A stretch of DNA of 64,000 nucleotides, taken from NCBI GenBank assembly GCA_964350165.1, contig CAYGJA010000001.1, positions 86,823 through 150,822 on the forward strand, read 5' to 3'. Position 1 is the first letter of the stretch. Every line of letters starts with the position of its first letter. The notes beneath the pieces are model-generated. The model searched no databases, was not told where the DNA came from, and saw only the letters and a list, made by a program, of their open reading frames with translations. The stretch is from an uncultured Candidatus Saccharibacteria bacterium (lineage in GTDB: Bacteria > Patescibacteriota > Minisyncoccia > Phycocordibacterales > UBA1006). The translations under genes and the position numbers were made by a program. Positions 1 to 9,552 of the stretch are shown here, one piece after another.

Positions 1-1195
<1,195 letters not shown>

Positions 1196-1200
1196 CTACT

Positions 1201-1629
1201 ATGTCGCAGAAAACACAGCTACAATTTTCTATTGTCACCACAGAAAAAATCGTTTATGAACAAACGGTTCGTTCTGTTACGCTGCCGACCTCTGCTGGAG
1301 AAATTACTGTTTTCCCCAACCACATGCCGCTAATCTCCACCCTTGGAACAGGCTCAATCACCGCTCACACAGAAAACGGTGACCATGCTTTTGCGGTAGC
1401 TGGAGGAATCTTAGAAGTACGACGAAACAATCATGTGGTCGTCCTAGCCAGCAATTCTGAAGCCGCTGACCAGATCGACATTGAACGTGCCCAGGCCGCT
1501 TATGATCGTGCCAAGCAGTATCTAGAAGAGAAAAGGGGTGTTGCTGATGCTGAATATGCAAAACTACAGGCAGTGCTCGAAAAAAACCTAAACCGCGTCA
1601 CCATTGCCAGGCGCCACAATTCTCGTTAA
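1201..1629 (+). CDS. atpC: F1 ATP synthase epsilon subunit
   Basis: GEITVFPNHMPL, VAGGILEV and IDIERAQAA; directly follows atpD. Confidence 0.97.
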   Translation: MSQKTQLQFSIVTTEKIVYEQTVRSVTLPTSAGEITVFPNHMPLISTLGTGSITAHTENGDHAFAVAGGILEVRRNNHVVVLASNSEAADQIDIERAQAAYDRAKQYLEEKRGVADAEYAKLQAVLEKNLNRVTIARRHNSR

Positions 1630-1676
1630 AATTGCTTTAACACCCTCGAACACTCACTCCTGATATACTGGAGTAG

Positions 1677-2063
1677 ATGCAAGACAAGAAAACTACAGAC
1701 AGGCAAGAATTCAAGCCCCAGCAACACTCGATGCTGAGGCTTGAGTCGCATGCTGATTTTTTGCAAGCATTAGAAAAATCAAAAAAAGAATCAGTTTTTA
1801 TTTTCAAACACAGCCTCAGCTGTTCCATCAGCATGCAAGCATACAGAATAGTAACCACCGCCTTGCAAGACAAAGTTATCACCATCCCCACATACCTCTT
1901 GGTTGTGCAAGACAGCCCAAGTCTTAAAATAGAAACAGCAGAAGCTTTGCATATCCAACACGAATCGCCTCAAATTATTATCTTGCGTCCAAATAAAACC
2001 AGCGCCGCACTTAACCACGAGGACATAACGATGACCTCGATCACTAATCTTTTATCTTCATGA
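1677..2063 (+). CDS. ytxJ: YtxJ/DUF2847-family thioredoxin-like protein
   Basis: IFKHSLSCSIS and HESPQII motifs. Confidence 0.85.
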   Translation: MQDKKTTDRQEFKPQQHSMLRLESHADFLQALEKSKKESVFIFKHSLSCSISMQAYRIVTTALQDKVITIPTYLLVVQDSPSLKIETAEALHIQHESPQIIILRPNKTSAALNHEDITMTSITNLLSS

Positions 2064-2431
2064 ATCAATCACTTGAACTATTAGCAAGAATCATACTTGG
2101 AGGGTTTTTTGTTATGTCTGGCATTAACCATTTTGTGAAAATGAAAATCATGGCAGACATGGTTAGTCAGAAAAAACTACCTAAACCAAAGTTGCTTGTC
2201 GCTTTTTCTGGAATTGGCCTGATTGCGGGAGGGTCGGGAATTTTGCTTTGGATGGTACCGGTAATCGCATCACTGGGACTTGCCTTGTTTTTGATTATTA
2301 CGGCTTTTACAATGCACAATTTTTGGAAACTAAAAAATGCGGCCATTGATGTGCAAATGAATGAAATGAGATTTTTTATGATGAATATTGCCCTTGCTGG
2401 TGCCCTAATACTTCTCGCAACGTTGCTGTAG
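2060..2431 (+). CDS. DoxX-family membrane protein
   Basis: ARIILGGFFVMSGINHF, MHNFW and FMMNIALAGA; four TM segments; overlaps ytxJ stop. Confidence 0.88.
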   Translation: MNQSLELLARIILGGFFVMSGINHFVKMKIMADMVSQKKLPKPKLLVAFSGIGLIAGGSGILLWMVPVIASLGLALFLIITAFTMHNFWKLKNAAIDVQMNEMRFFMMNIALAGALILLATLL

Positions 2432-2528
2432 CAACAAAAAATCACCATATTTTTGAAAAACAGTCAAATAATAGTCATGCTATTATGGGTTTATTACTAT
2501 AGAAATAAAAGCTTGTAGCCAAATCCCT

Positions 2529-3221
2529 ATGGACCAGAACAGCCCAGAAAAAAACAAAGACAACCAGTCAGCGCAATCAAACCAAGAAAATGGACAAGAG
2601 ACAACCAAAGTTGGTGCAGAAAAAAACAACTCTTCTTGGCAAATAGTCCTAACTGTTATCGCCATCATTGCCATCATCCTTATTTTTGCCTTACCAGACC
2701 GTAAGAAAAACGATGGCATCATCTCAGGCGAGGACAACACTGAGACAATCGAGACCGAAGGCAGTGCAACCTCAACCGAGAACGGCTCGACCGAGGAGTC
2801 TACCAACACGGGCCCAAGCACAAACAGTGGCTTTATGACACCCATCGCCGTAGATAATGAATTTGTATACTCTTTTTCTGGAATTGACTGGTTCTTTGAG
2901 TCTGTTGACGAGGGAACTGTCGTTGAGTTCAAGTTCTCTGAATTTTCACGACGAGAGGGAAGTATTGTTGCTTTTGGAAACCCTTATCGTCTCGGAGTTT
3001 TTCCTGGAACATGTACAGAGGTAAGTAGCCTAGCTATTGGAAACGCTACGGACACCCCGCTTGCCTATGTATCCTGCCGCACCGAAGGAAATACGGGAAG
3101 TGATATTGCCCTTTTCCAAGACGGCGCTAAAGTATATGCAGCTCAACGAACAGTAGAAAATGGAAAGAGTGGAGATTTTTCTGAATTCTTCTCTCGAGAC
3201 ATAACAACTATCGTTCGATAA
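2529..3221 (+). CDS. Hypothetical single-TM exported protein
   Basis: 230 aa ORF; hydrophobic helix followed by an S/T/E-rich linker. Confidence 0.75.
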   Translation: MDQNSPEKNKDNQSAQSNQENGQETTKVGAEKNNSSWQIVLTVIAIIAIILIFALPDRKKNDGIISGEDNTETIETEGSATSTENGSTEESTNTGPSTNSGFMTPIAVDNEFVYSFSGIDWFFESVDEGTVVEFKFSEFSRREGSIVAFGNPYRLGVFPGTCTEVSSLAIGNATDTPLAYVSCRTEGNTGSDIALFQDGAKVYAAQRTVENGKSGDFSEFFSRDITTIVR

Positions 3222-3233
3222 ATTAGACAAAGG

Positions 3234-3287
3234 TTTTTACCCCAAAAAAACACCCTCACGAGCGAGGGTGTTTTTTTGGGGTAAAAA
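3234..3287. terminator. Bidirectional intrinsic terminator / perfect 24-bp-arm inverted repeat
   Basis: tttttaccccaaaaaaacaccctc-acgagc-gagggtgtttttttggggtaaaaa. Confidence 0.85.
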
Positions 3288-3313
3288 ATAAAACTTTACG
3301 CTACAATAAAAAA

Positions 3314-4030
3314 ATGGAACCAAAACATAGCCCAACTTTTTCTATTGTCGCAACCCCAATTGGCAACATGAAAGACATCACTCTTCGAGCTTTGGAAGTA
3401 TTAACCGAGTCAGACATTGTGTTTTGCGAAGACACTAGGGTAACAAAAAAAATACTGACTCGTTATGAAATCTCTACCCCAACGAGGTCTTATCATGCTC
3501 ATTCAGGCGAAAGAGGGAAGAGAGAGATTTTAGATGCTCTTCAGCAAGGAAAAAAATGTGCCCTTGTAACTGACGCGGGTACGCCAGGAATTTCTGATCC
3601 CGGACCGGAACTGGTTTCCTTTTTGCGCTCAGAATTACCAGAGCTAGACATTGTCCCAGTGCCCGGCCCAGACGCAGCAACGACACTTCTTTCTGTGGCG
3701 GGAATTCCCACCCAGCCTTATCTTTTCTTTGGCTTTCTCCCAACCAAAAAAGGTCGTCAGACATTACTCACAGAATTCATAGATCATCGAAACAAGTTCA
3801 CAATTGTGTTTTATGAATCAACGCATCGCATACTAAAGCTCCTCCAAGAACTACAAGCACACAATTACACAGACGAGCTGGTTCTAGGAAAAGAGCTCAC
3901 CAAAATGCATGAACAGATTATTCGGGGCACTCCAGACGAAATACAAAACATTTTTCTCAAAGAACCATCACTGCAAAAAGGAGAATTTGTCGTTGCGCTT
4001 CCAAAAATTTCAAAAAACCTTAGTATTTAG
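3314..4030 (+). CDS. rsmI: 16S rRNA C1402 2'-O-methyltransferase
   Basis: VATPIGNMKDIT, CEDTRVT, DAGTPGISDPG, ELTKMHE and KGEFVV. Confidence 0.97.
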   Translation: MEPKHSPTFSIVATPIGNMKDITLRALEVLTESDIVFCEDTRVTKKILTRYEISTPTRSYHAHSGERGKREILDALQQGKKCALVTDAGTPGISDPGPELVSFLRSELPELDIVPVPGPDAATTLLSVAGIPTQPYLFFGFLPTKKGRQTLLTEFIDHRNKFTIVFYESTHRILKLLQELQAHNYTDELVLGKELTKMHEQIIRGTPDEIQNIFLKEPSLQKGEFVVALPKISKNLSI

Positions 4031-4086
4031 CGTTTGCTTCATCGTTTGCTATACTAGGAAAACATTATCGCCATGACCGTACAGAC

Positions 4087-4878
4087 ATGAAAGCAGGCAA
4101 GCTAGAATTATTCACAGGAATCTTGATTGGTTTTTTACCCTTCTTGGGTTTGCCAAGCAGTTTCTTTAAATTCAGCTTGCCGATCCTTGGTGCGTTAATT
4201 CTCTATAATGCATACAAAAGACGCGCCGCACCAAACAGCAACAACGAAGAGGATTCCGAGCCTTATCCTGAAACAGAAACGTTTGCTACCAAAAAAGACA
4301 TCGCAAACGAAGAAAGAGCACCAGAAGAGAAAAAAACGCCAGCTTCTCAAATTCCTATTCTTGTCAAAAAAGAAACGGCACTTGATTATTCTTCGAAAAA
4401 CTCAGAAAAACTAAATCGACAGCATTTAATATTGGCTCTGCAGATGCTTGGTTATCGCCAAAAACAAGACATCGAAACCAGCCGACTGGCCAGTCGCATT
4501 AGCATGGAGAAAAAGAAAGCATATTTTGACATGCCAGAAATCGAAGCGACCGAACCCCCAGAAGAAGTAGAAGATGCTCTTGAGGAAATTATTCAAGACA
4601 AAGAAACAAATGAAAACATAGAGATAATCGTTGATGAAGACCTCTTGCTCGATGAAGGCGCTTTCTCCGCCGAACCACAGACTCGACGCCAACCTGAACC
4701 AAAAATACATCCAGAAAAACAAAATATTTTCCTTGAAGAATCCGAAGAAGAGCTGATACCGAGAGAAAAAAACAACGAGGATGACGAAGGGGAAGATGAT
4801 TTCTTTATGAACCAGAACCAAACCCCCAGCATGGATGCAGATCTTCTTTCTCGAATCGGAGACGAGATTGAAGAATAG
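4087..4878 (+). CDS. Hypothetical membrane-anchored protein with acidic disordered tail
   Basis: Two N-terminal hydrophobic helices; E/D-rich C-terminus. Confidence 0.7.
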   Translation: MKAGKLELFTGILIGFLPFLGLPSSFFKFSLPILGALILYNAYKRRAAPNSNNEEDSEPYPETETFATKKDIANEERAPEEKKTPASQIPILVKKETALDYSSKNSEKLNRQHLILALQMLGYRQKQDIETSRLASRISMEKKKAYFDMPEIEATEPPEEVEDALEEIIQDKETNENIEIIVDEDLLLDEGAFSAEPQTRRQPEPKIHPEKQNIFLEESEEELIPREKNNEDDEGEDDFFMNQNQTPSMDADLLSRIGDEIEE

Positions 4879-4910
4879 GGCAATATGGTATACTCTGCGA
4901 ACATAATAAT

Positions 4911-6143
4911 ATGAACACTACTCATCACAAAAAAAATAATATTGTAGCTAGTTTGATTGTTCTTGTGCTGGTTTTTATTGCTGGTGTCTTCGCCGGAAAG
5001 GGAAACTATACCGCTGCAGCCATTATCCCTGATGAAATTGAAAACTCTGAATCAGACAAAGTTAGTACTGATTTTGGTCGTTTCTGGGAAGCCTGGCAGC
5101 TTCTAGAGGAAAAATACCCCTTTGAAGAACCAACCAGTGAAGACAAGCTCTTTGGCGCCATATCAGGCCTTACGCGCGCTTATGGCGATCCTTACACAGT
5201 GTTCTTTCCACCCAAAGAAGCGGCTAGTTTCAACGAAGATATCAGTGGAGAATTTAGTGGTGTTGGAATGGAGGTGGGTCTTCGTAATGGTGTAGTCACC
5301 ATCGTGGCTCCACTCAAGGGGACCCCCGCAGAACAAGCGGGTCTTTTGGCTGGTGACGTTATCTATAAGATAGACGGAACAGAAACCAATGATCTGGGTA
5401 TCGATAGCGCCGTCCAGATGATTCGCGGCCCCCGAGGAACTGCCGTCGAATTAATTATTCTTCGCGAAGGAGAATTTGAGCCACTCACCATATCCGTAAC
5501 TCGTGACATTATTGAAATACCAACCCTCGAAACCAGACTAACCGAGGACAATATTTTTGTTATCGAGCTCTATAATTTTATCGGCAATGTGGATGTTCAA
5601 TTCGAAGAAGCCATGACAGAATTTGAACAATCAGGAGCAACTGAATTAGTGCTAGATTTACGCAATAATCCGGGAGGCTTTCTGCAAAGCGCCATTAATA
5701 TTTCTAGTTGGTTTTTGCCCATCGGAGAGATCGTTGTGACCGAGCGAACGAACATAGCAGGCGAAGAAGAGCAGGTTTATCGCAGTCTTGGCAAATCAAG
5801 CCTCATTACACGTGAATATAACACGGTAATACTTGTTAATGGCGGATCCGCTTCTGCCTCAGAAATCGTAGCCGGAGCCTTGGCACCTCTGGATACCGTC
5901 ACCCTCGTGGGAGAACAAACATTCGGCAAAGGTTCTGTCCAAGAGCTGGTGGCTCTTCCTGATGGAACCTCGCTCAAAATAACTGTTGCCAAGTGGTATA
6001 CCCCCGATGGCACCTCCATTTCTGAAAACGGACTTACTCCAGATATAGAAATCGAAATGACCGCTGACGATTATCAGGAAGAGCGCGATCCGCAATACGA
6101 CAAAGCAATCGAAGTGCTCTTGGAAAAACGAACGAACAAATAA
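4911..6143 (+). CDS. ctpA: S41 family C-terminal processing peptidase with PDZ domain
   Basis: DLRNNPGG, SASASEIVAGAL, TFGKGSVQ; N-terminal TM. Confidence 0.95.
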   Translation: MNTTHHKKNNIVASLIVLVLVFIAGVFAGKGNYTAAAIIPDEIENSESDKVSTDFGRFWEAWQLLEEKYPFEEPTSEDKLFGAISGLTRAYGDPYTVFFPPKEAASFNEDISGEFSGVGMEVGLRNGVVTIVAPLKGTPAEQAGLLAGDVIYKIDGTETNDLGIDSAVQMIRGPRGTAVELIILREGEFEPLTISVTRDIIEIPTLETRLTEDNIFVIELYNFIGNVDVQFEEAMTEFEQSGATELVLDLRNNPGGFLQSAINISSWFLPIGEIVVTERTNIAGEEEQVYRSLGKSSLITREYNTVILVNGGSASASEIVAGALAPLDTVTLVGEQTFGKGSVQELVALPDGTSLKITVAKWYTPDGTSISENGLTPDIEIEMTADDYQEERDPQYDKAIEVLLEKRTNK

Positions 6144-6157
6144 ACCAACACACGCTT

Positions 6158-6610
6158 ATGGAAATATTCTTACTAGAAAATGTACGCAACCTTGGTCAAA
6201 AACATTCCGTAGTAAAAGTACCCGACGGATATGCCAACAACAATCTTATTCCTAAAAAATTAGCCATTCCCGCCACCTCTCAACAAGCCAAAGACCTCCT
6301 ATCTAAACAAAAAAGCAAGCAAGAAGGGGTAAACAAAAAGGCATCAGGAATCAAAGAAAAAATAACTGAACTGGCAGACCCCTTGGTGGTTTCTACTCGC
6401 ACTAATGAGCATGGTCATCTCTACCAAGCCATTAACGATCGCGATGTTTTCAAAGAAATTCAAAAAGCGATTCCGAATATTAGCGCCAAAGAAATCTCAA
6501 TTCAACTTGAATCAGCAAATATCAAAGAACTAGGGGAGTACCAAGCAACAATAAGGATATCTGCCACGAGAGAGGAAATCACAAAAAAAATAATCGTAAT
6601 CTCGGCTTAA
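6158..6610 (+). CDS. rplI: 50S ribosomal protein L9
   Basis: VKVPDGYANNNLIPKKLA and IKELGEY. Confidence 0.95.
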   Translation: MEIFLLENVRNLGQKHSVVKVPDGYANNNLIPKKLAIPATSQQAKDLLSKQKSKQEGVNKKASGIKEKITELADPLVVSTRTNEHGHLYQAINDRDVFKEIQKAIPNISAKEISIQLESANIKELGEYQATIRISATREEITKKIIVISA

Positions 6611-6663
6611 TTCCTTCCAACAAAAAAACACCCTAAGGGTGTTTTTTTGTTGGAAGGAATTAA
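6607..6663. terminator. Bidirectional terminator; perfect 27-bp-arm palindrome between convergent rplI and rpmA
   Basis: ttaattccttccaacaaaaaaacaccc-taa-gggtgtttttttgttggaaggaattaa. Confidence 0.88.
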
Positions 6664-6677
6664 TGCAGAACTAAACC

Positions 6678-6965
6678 TTAGTTATTGTCTTCGACAACAA
6701 CATTTACGATTTTTCGTCGCTTAGTGGCTCCATTAAAAGACAACTTTCGTTTGCTTTCAAATTTTACCGTTCCATCGACAAGGGAGAACAGGGTGTCATC
6801 TTTTCCTTTGGAAACGTTGACTCCTGGCATAATCTTACTGCCTCGCTGGCGCACGATAATAGCACCAGGCTTGGCCTTTTGACCATCAGCAAGCTTTACT
6901 CCGAGATATTGTGGGTTGGAGTCTCGCAATACACGCGATGATCCTCCGGCTTTCCTATGTGCCAT
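6678..6965 (-). CDS. rpmA: 50S ribosomal protein L27
   Basis: [21 protein letters not shown] and IIVRQRG; start reassigned to the ATG at 6965. Confidence 0.97.
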   Translation of the reverse strand: MAHRKAGGSSRVLRDSNPQYLGVKLADGQKAKPGAIIVRQRGSKIMPGVNVSKGKDDTLFSLVDGTVKFESKRKLSFNGATKRRKIVNVVVEDNN

Positions 6966-7008
6966 ACGTGATACAATGCTGTCAGACAGCTGATTAATTA
7001 CTGAAAAC

Positions 7009-7383
7009 ATGGAAAGTCTACACAAAATCAAAGGAAAAATCAACCCAAGAGCCCTTACTTTTATACTCATGTGCCTAGTTTTCATAGCCACGGCTATTGG
7101 GTCTTTTGCTCTAGGCCGAATATCGGCCTCAAAAGAGCAGAAAAACCCTACTAGCCAAGTACGAGGCGTTTTTGTTGATACCAGCGCCTCAGACGTCTAT
7201 TTTGAGGCAGAGGAGGCACGTACGACTTCGCCTAAGTCCATTGTGGCCTCAGTAAATGGCACCAGGTACTACCCAAAAGACTGCAAAGCGGCGAACAGCA
7301 TTAACCCCGAAAATCAAATCTGGTTTTCTAATGAAAACGAAGCCAAAATGGCGGGATATACCTTGTCCAAGAGCTGCGACTAG
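7009..7383 (+). CDS. Membrane-anchored protein with C-terminal Ada metal-binding-like domain
   Basis: TM helix, then [14 protein letters not shown]...I.PEN.IWF...EA..AGY. Confidence 0.7.
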   Translation: MESLHKIKGKINPRALTFILMCLVFIATAIGSFALGRISASKEQKNPTSQVRGVFVDTSASDVYFEAEEARTTSPKSIVASVNGTRYYPKDCKAANSINPENQIWFSNENEAKMAGYTLSKSCD

Positions 7384-7419
7384 TTTTCGAACCCCAAGAA
7401 CATACTCAATTAAATAAGA

Positions 7420-7630
7420 TTGACTTATTTTTTAAATATTGTATAAAAAATCCATGCATTACTGCACAAATCACAAGCTAATTACTTACACCTCCGCGAA
7501 TCAAATCGTAGGGAGCTTTGTAATGAGCTTAACTTGTGATGCTGTGTATGCGATCTAACTCCTAAAAATACACCGAAAGATGGATATAGAACATCACCAG
7601 TGAAGCACTCCTGGTGATGTTCTTTTTTTC
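7420..7630 (+). promoter_or_regulatory. Promoter, leaderless leader peptide (7454-7558) and attenuator/terminator upstream of GNAT gene
   Basis: TTGACT-16-TATAAA; 34-codon uORF folding as a hairpin; terminator 7588-7629; alternative 2:3 pairing. Confidence 0.65.
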
Positions 7631-7662
7631 TCAATCTTTTCTTTCACAAAAAAATAATTCTT

Positions 7663-8355
7663 ATGAAAAATCTAAAAGACTTCTTACTGGAACACATTGA
7701 GCCGGGACTACCCGAACCCTGTATCGCCTTTGGCATGATAGGCGACAGCTGCCGACTAGGAGCGGCTCATCCGGCTTATGCCGAGACGTACTGGCGCCTC
7801 ATCAACGAAGAACACCTGGGCCTAGGTCGACGTGGACCAATTGGGTATACAGACGAACTCAACTGGATCCAAAGAATTTCTGAACGAGGTGGGCGAATGC
7901 AAGTTCAAGATAATTATTCGTTTTGCATTTTTGCACCTACAGGGAAATTACCAATCGGAATGATCAGCCTCCATCGCACACAAGAGGATGGTCAGTCTGT
8001 GTGGCACACTGGCACCTTTATCGGCAAGCCCTGGCAACGACAAGGTATTGGTACTCAAGCTAAAATGTTTCTACTACGCTGGGTTAGCCTCAATTTTAGC
8101 CCTAGCGAAATATCAGAAATTTTCTCAACGGTATATCCGTTTAATACTGGATCACTAAAAACCCAACAGAAATGCGGCTACGTGGTGGTCCAGCAAAATG
8201 AACAACAGCCCAAGACTCATTATCGCAACGGGCAACCATACCAGGAGGTCTTACTCAAGGTAATCCCAGGAGTAAGATGGCTTGAGAATTACTGGAATCC
8301 ATATGCCCAAAAACACAATTTAAAAAAATGGGACCCAAAGGAGCTAGATAGCTAA
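7663..8355 (+). CDS. GNAT (RimJ/RimL-like) N-acetyltransferase
   Basis: WQRQGIGTQA acetyl-CoA motif; FNTGSLKTQQKCGY. Confidence 0.85.
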   Translation: MKNLKDFLLEHIEPGLPEPCIAFGMIGDSCRLGAAHPAYAETYWRLINEEHLGLGRRGPIGYTDELNWIQRISERGGRMQVQDNYSFCIFAPTGKLPIGMISLHRTQEDGQSVWHTGTFIGKPWQRQGIGTQAKMFLLRWVSLNFSPSEISEIFSTVYPFNTGSLKTQQKCGYVVVQQNEQQPKTHYRNGQPYQEVLLKVIPGVRWLENYWNPYAQKHNLKKWDPKELDS

Positions 8356-8369
8356 CTTTATTCAAAAAC

Positions 8370-8403
8370 AAAAAATACCCAAATTAATATTTGGGTATTT
8401 TTT
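8370..8403. terminator. Intrinsic terminator after the GNAT gene
   Basis: aaaaaatacccaaat-taat-atttgggtatttttt. Confidence 0.75.
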
Positions 8404-8561
8404 AAAAAAGGAAACACACAGGTAGCAGGGAACCAAGATAAATCATTCCGACACTAGTCTCTCTGAATTTATTTATCCAAGAGAGAAGAGAGGAGTCAGA
8501 AAGATGCACTCGAGAAGATATCCCGGGCATGAACTAGTACCTTGGTTTTGGAATAGGCATA

Positions 8562-8589
8562 ATGTCGCACAATATACCTTTTGCGACAT
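8562..8589. other. dif-like Xer recombination site
   Basis: 11-6-11 near-symmetric site; minus strand ATGTCGCAAAA-GGTATA-TTGTGCGACAT resembles E. coli dif GGTGCGCATAA-TGTATA-TTATGTTAAAT. Confidence 0.6.
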
Positions 8590-8611
8590 TAGGGAGAAAA
8601 GAAGACCCGAG

Positions 8612-8620
8612 TTATCCACA
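8612..8620 (+). promoter_or_regulatory. Perfect DnaA box
   Basis: TTATCCACA in a ~620 bp intergenic region with an AT-rich tract downstream. Confidence 0.45.
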
Positions 8621-8977
8621 TAAGGGTACTTAGCATCTGCAAAGCCCTCTACCTGAAGCCTCCTTCGAAAACTTCTTTTTATAACCCTCCATTACATTTT
8701 TTTCATGGCTGGATCCGCTAACGAGGCTTTCGATTAGATGATTCGGTTTTTTTCAAGATAAATTATTTTTAATTAAAAAAATTAAAGATTAAAAAAATCA
8801 ATTCGGTTTTTACATATATTCTTTTTGAAAGTTTTTTTTAAAAATTGCCCCCCTTCTGAAAAAATATTTCTTGAAAAATTTATTCATTCTGTACAAGGCA
8901 GGTCCTCCTTGGGTATCTCCTTCCCCTACCCTTTGCTTGTTTTTTAAGTAACTTGACAAGTATTAAAATCTGTTGCA

Positions 8978-9550
8978 TTAAAAAGAAACTGCTCCCAGCA
9001 GCTCTTCTCTTCCTTTTTTCTTGTGAGCCGAGACGTATAGAATTTTTTGACCATCAGGCAATAGCTCTTCTAGTTTTTTCTTGAGAGCATGCAACTCTTT
9101 TTGGTTTAATTTGTCTACCTTGTTTACAGCTAATACAAAAGGAATATTCTCTGTTTGCAAGAAATCAAACATCTGCAAATCCAGTTCCGTAACACCGGCT
9201 TTAGCTCCTATTACCAGCACAACACTTCGATTGTCCCGAGGAGCCTCCGCCAAGTACCAGGTGATGAGATCTCGAAGCTTTTCTCGTTCTGTCCGAGAAG
9301 TTTTAGCATAACCATATCCCGGCAAATCAACCATATAAAAAGCATCATTTACTAGGAAAAAATTTACTGTTTTTGTTTTGCCTGGGGTTCCACTAGATTT
9401 AACCAAATCTTTTCTCTGCATCAACATATTCATCAAGCTAGACTTGCCTACATTAGAACGGCCGATAAAAGCAATTTGCTTTTTACCGTCGTGCAATATT
9501 GGCTGATCTGAGACAAGGCTTGTTATAAATTCTGCTGATACTACGTCCAT
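8978..9550 (-). CDS. engB: Ribosome biogenesis GTPase YihA/YsxC
   Basis: GRSNVGKSS, DLPGYG and NKVD. Confidence 0.96.
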   Translation of the reverse strand: MDVVSAEFITSLVSDQPILHDGKKQIAFIGRSNVGKSSLMNMLMQRKDLVKSSGTPGKTKTVNFFLVNDAFYMVDLPGYGYAKTSRTEREKLRDLITWYLAEAPRDNRSVVLVIGAKAGVTELDLQMFDFLQTENIPFVLAVNKVDKLNQKELHALKKKLEELLPDGQKILYVSAHKKKGREELLGAVSF

Positions 9551-9552
9551 GT

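Noticed and set aside
6966-7091. N-terminal extension of L27
   Set aside because: It overlaps the divergent gene at 7009, and the canonical MAHRK start lies at 6965
8404-8977. tRNA, tmRNA, RNase P or SRP RNA
   Set aside because: No T-arm/CCA end, GAGGAAAGUCC or SRP domain IV signature on either strand
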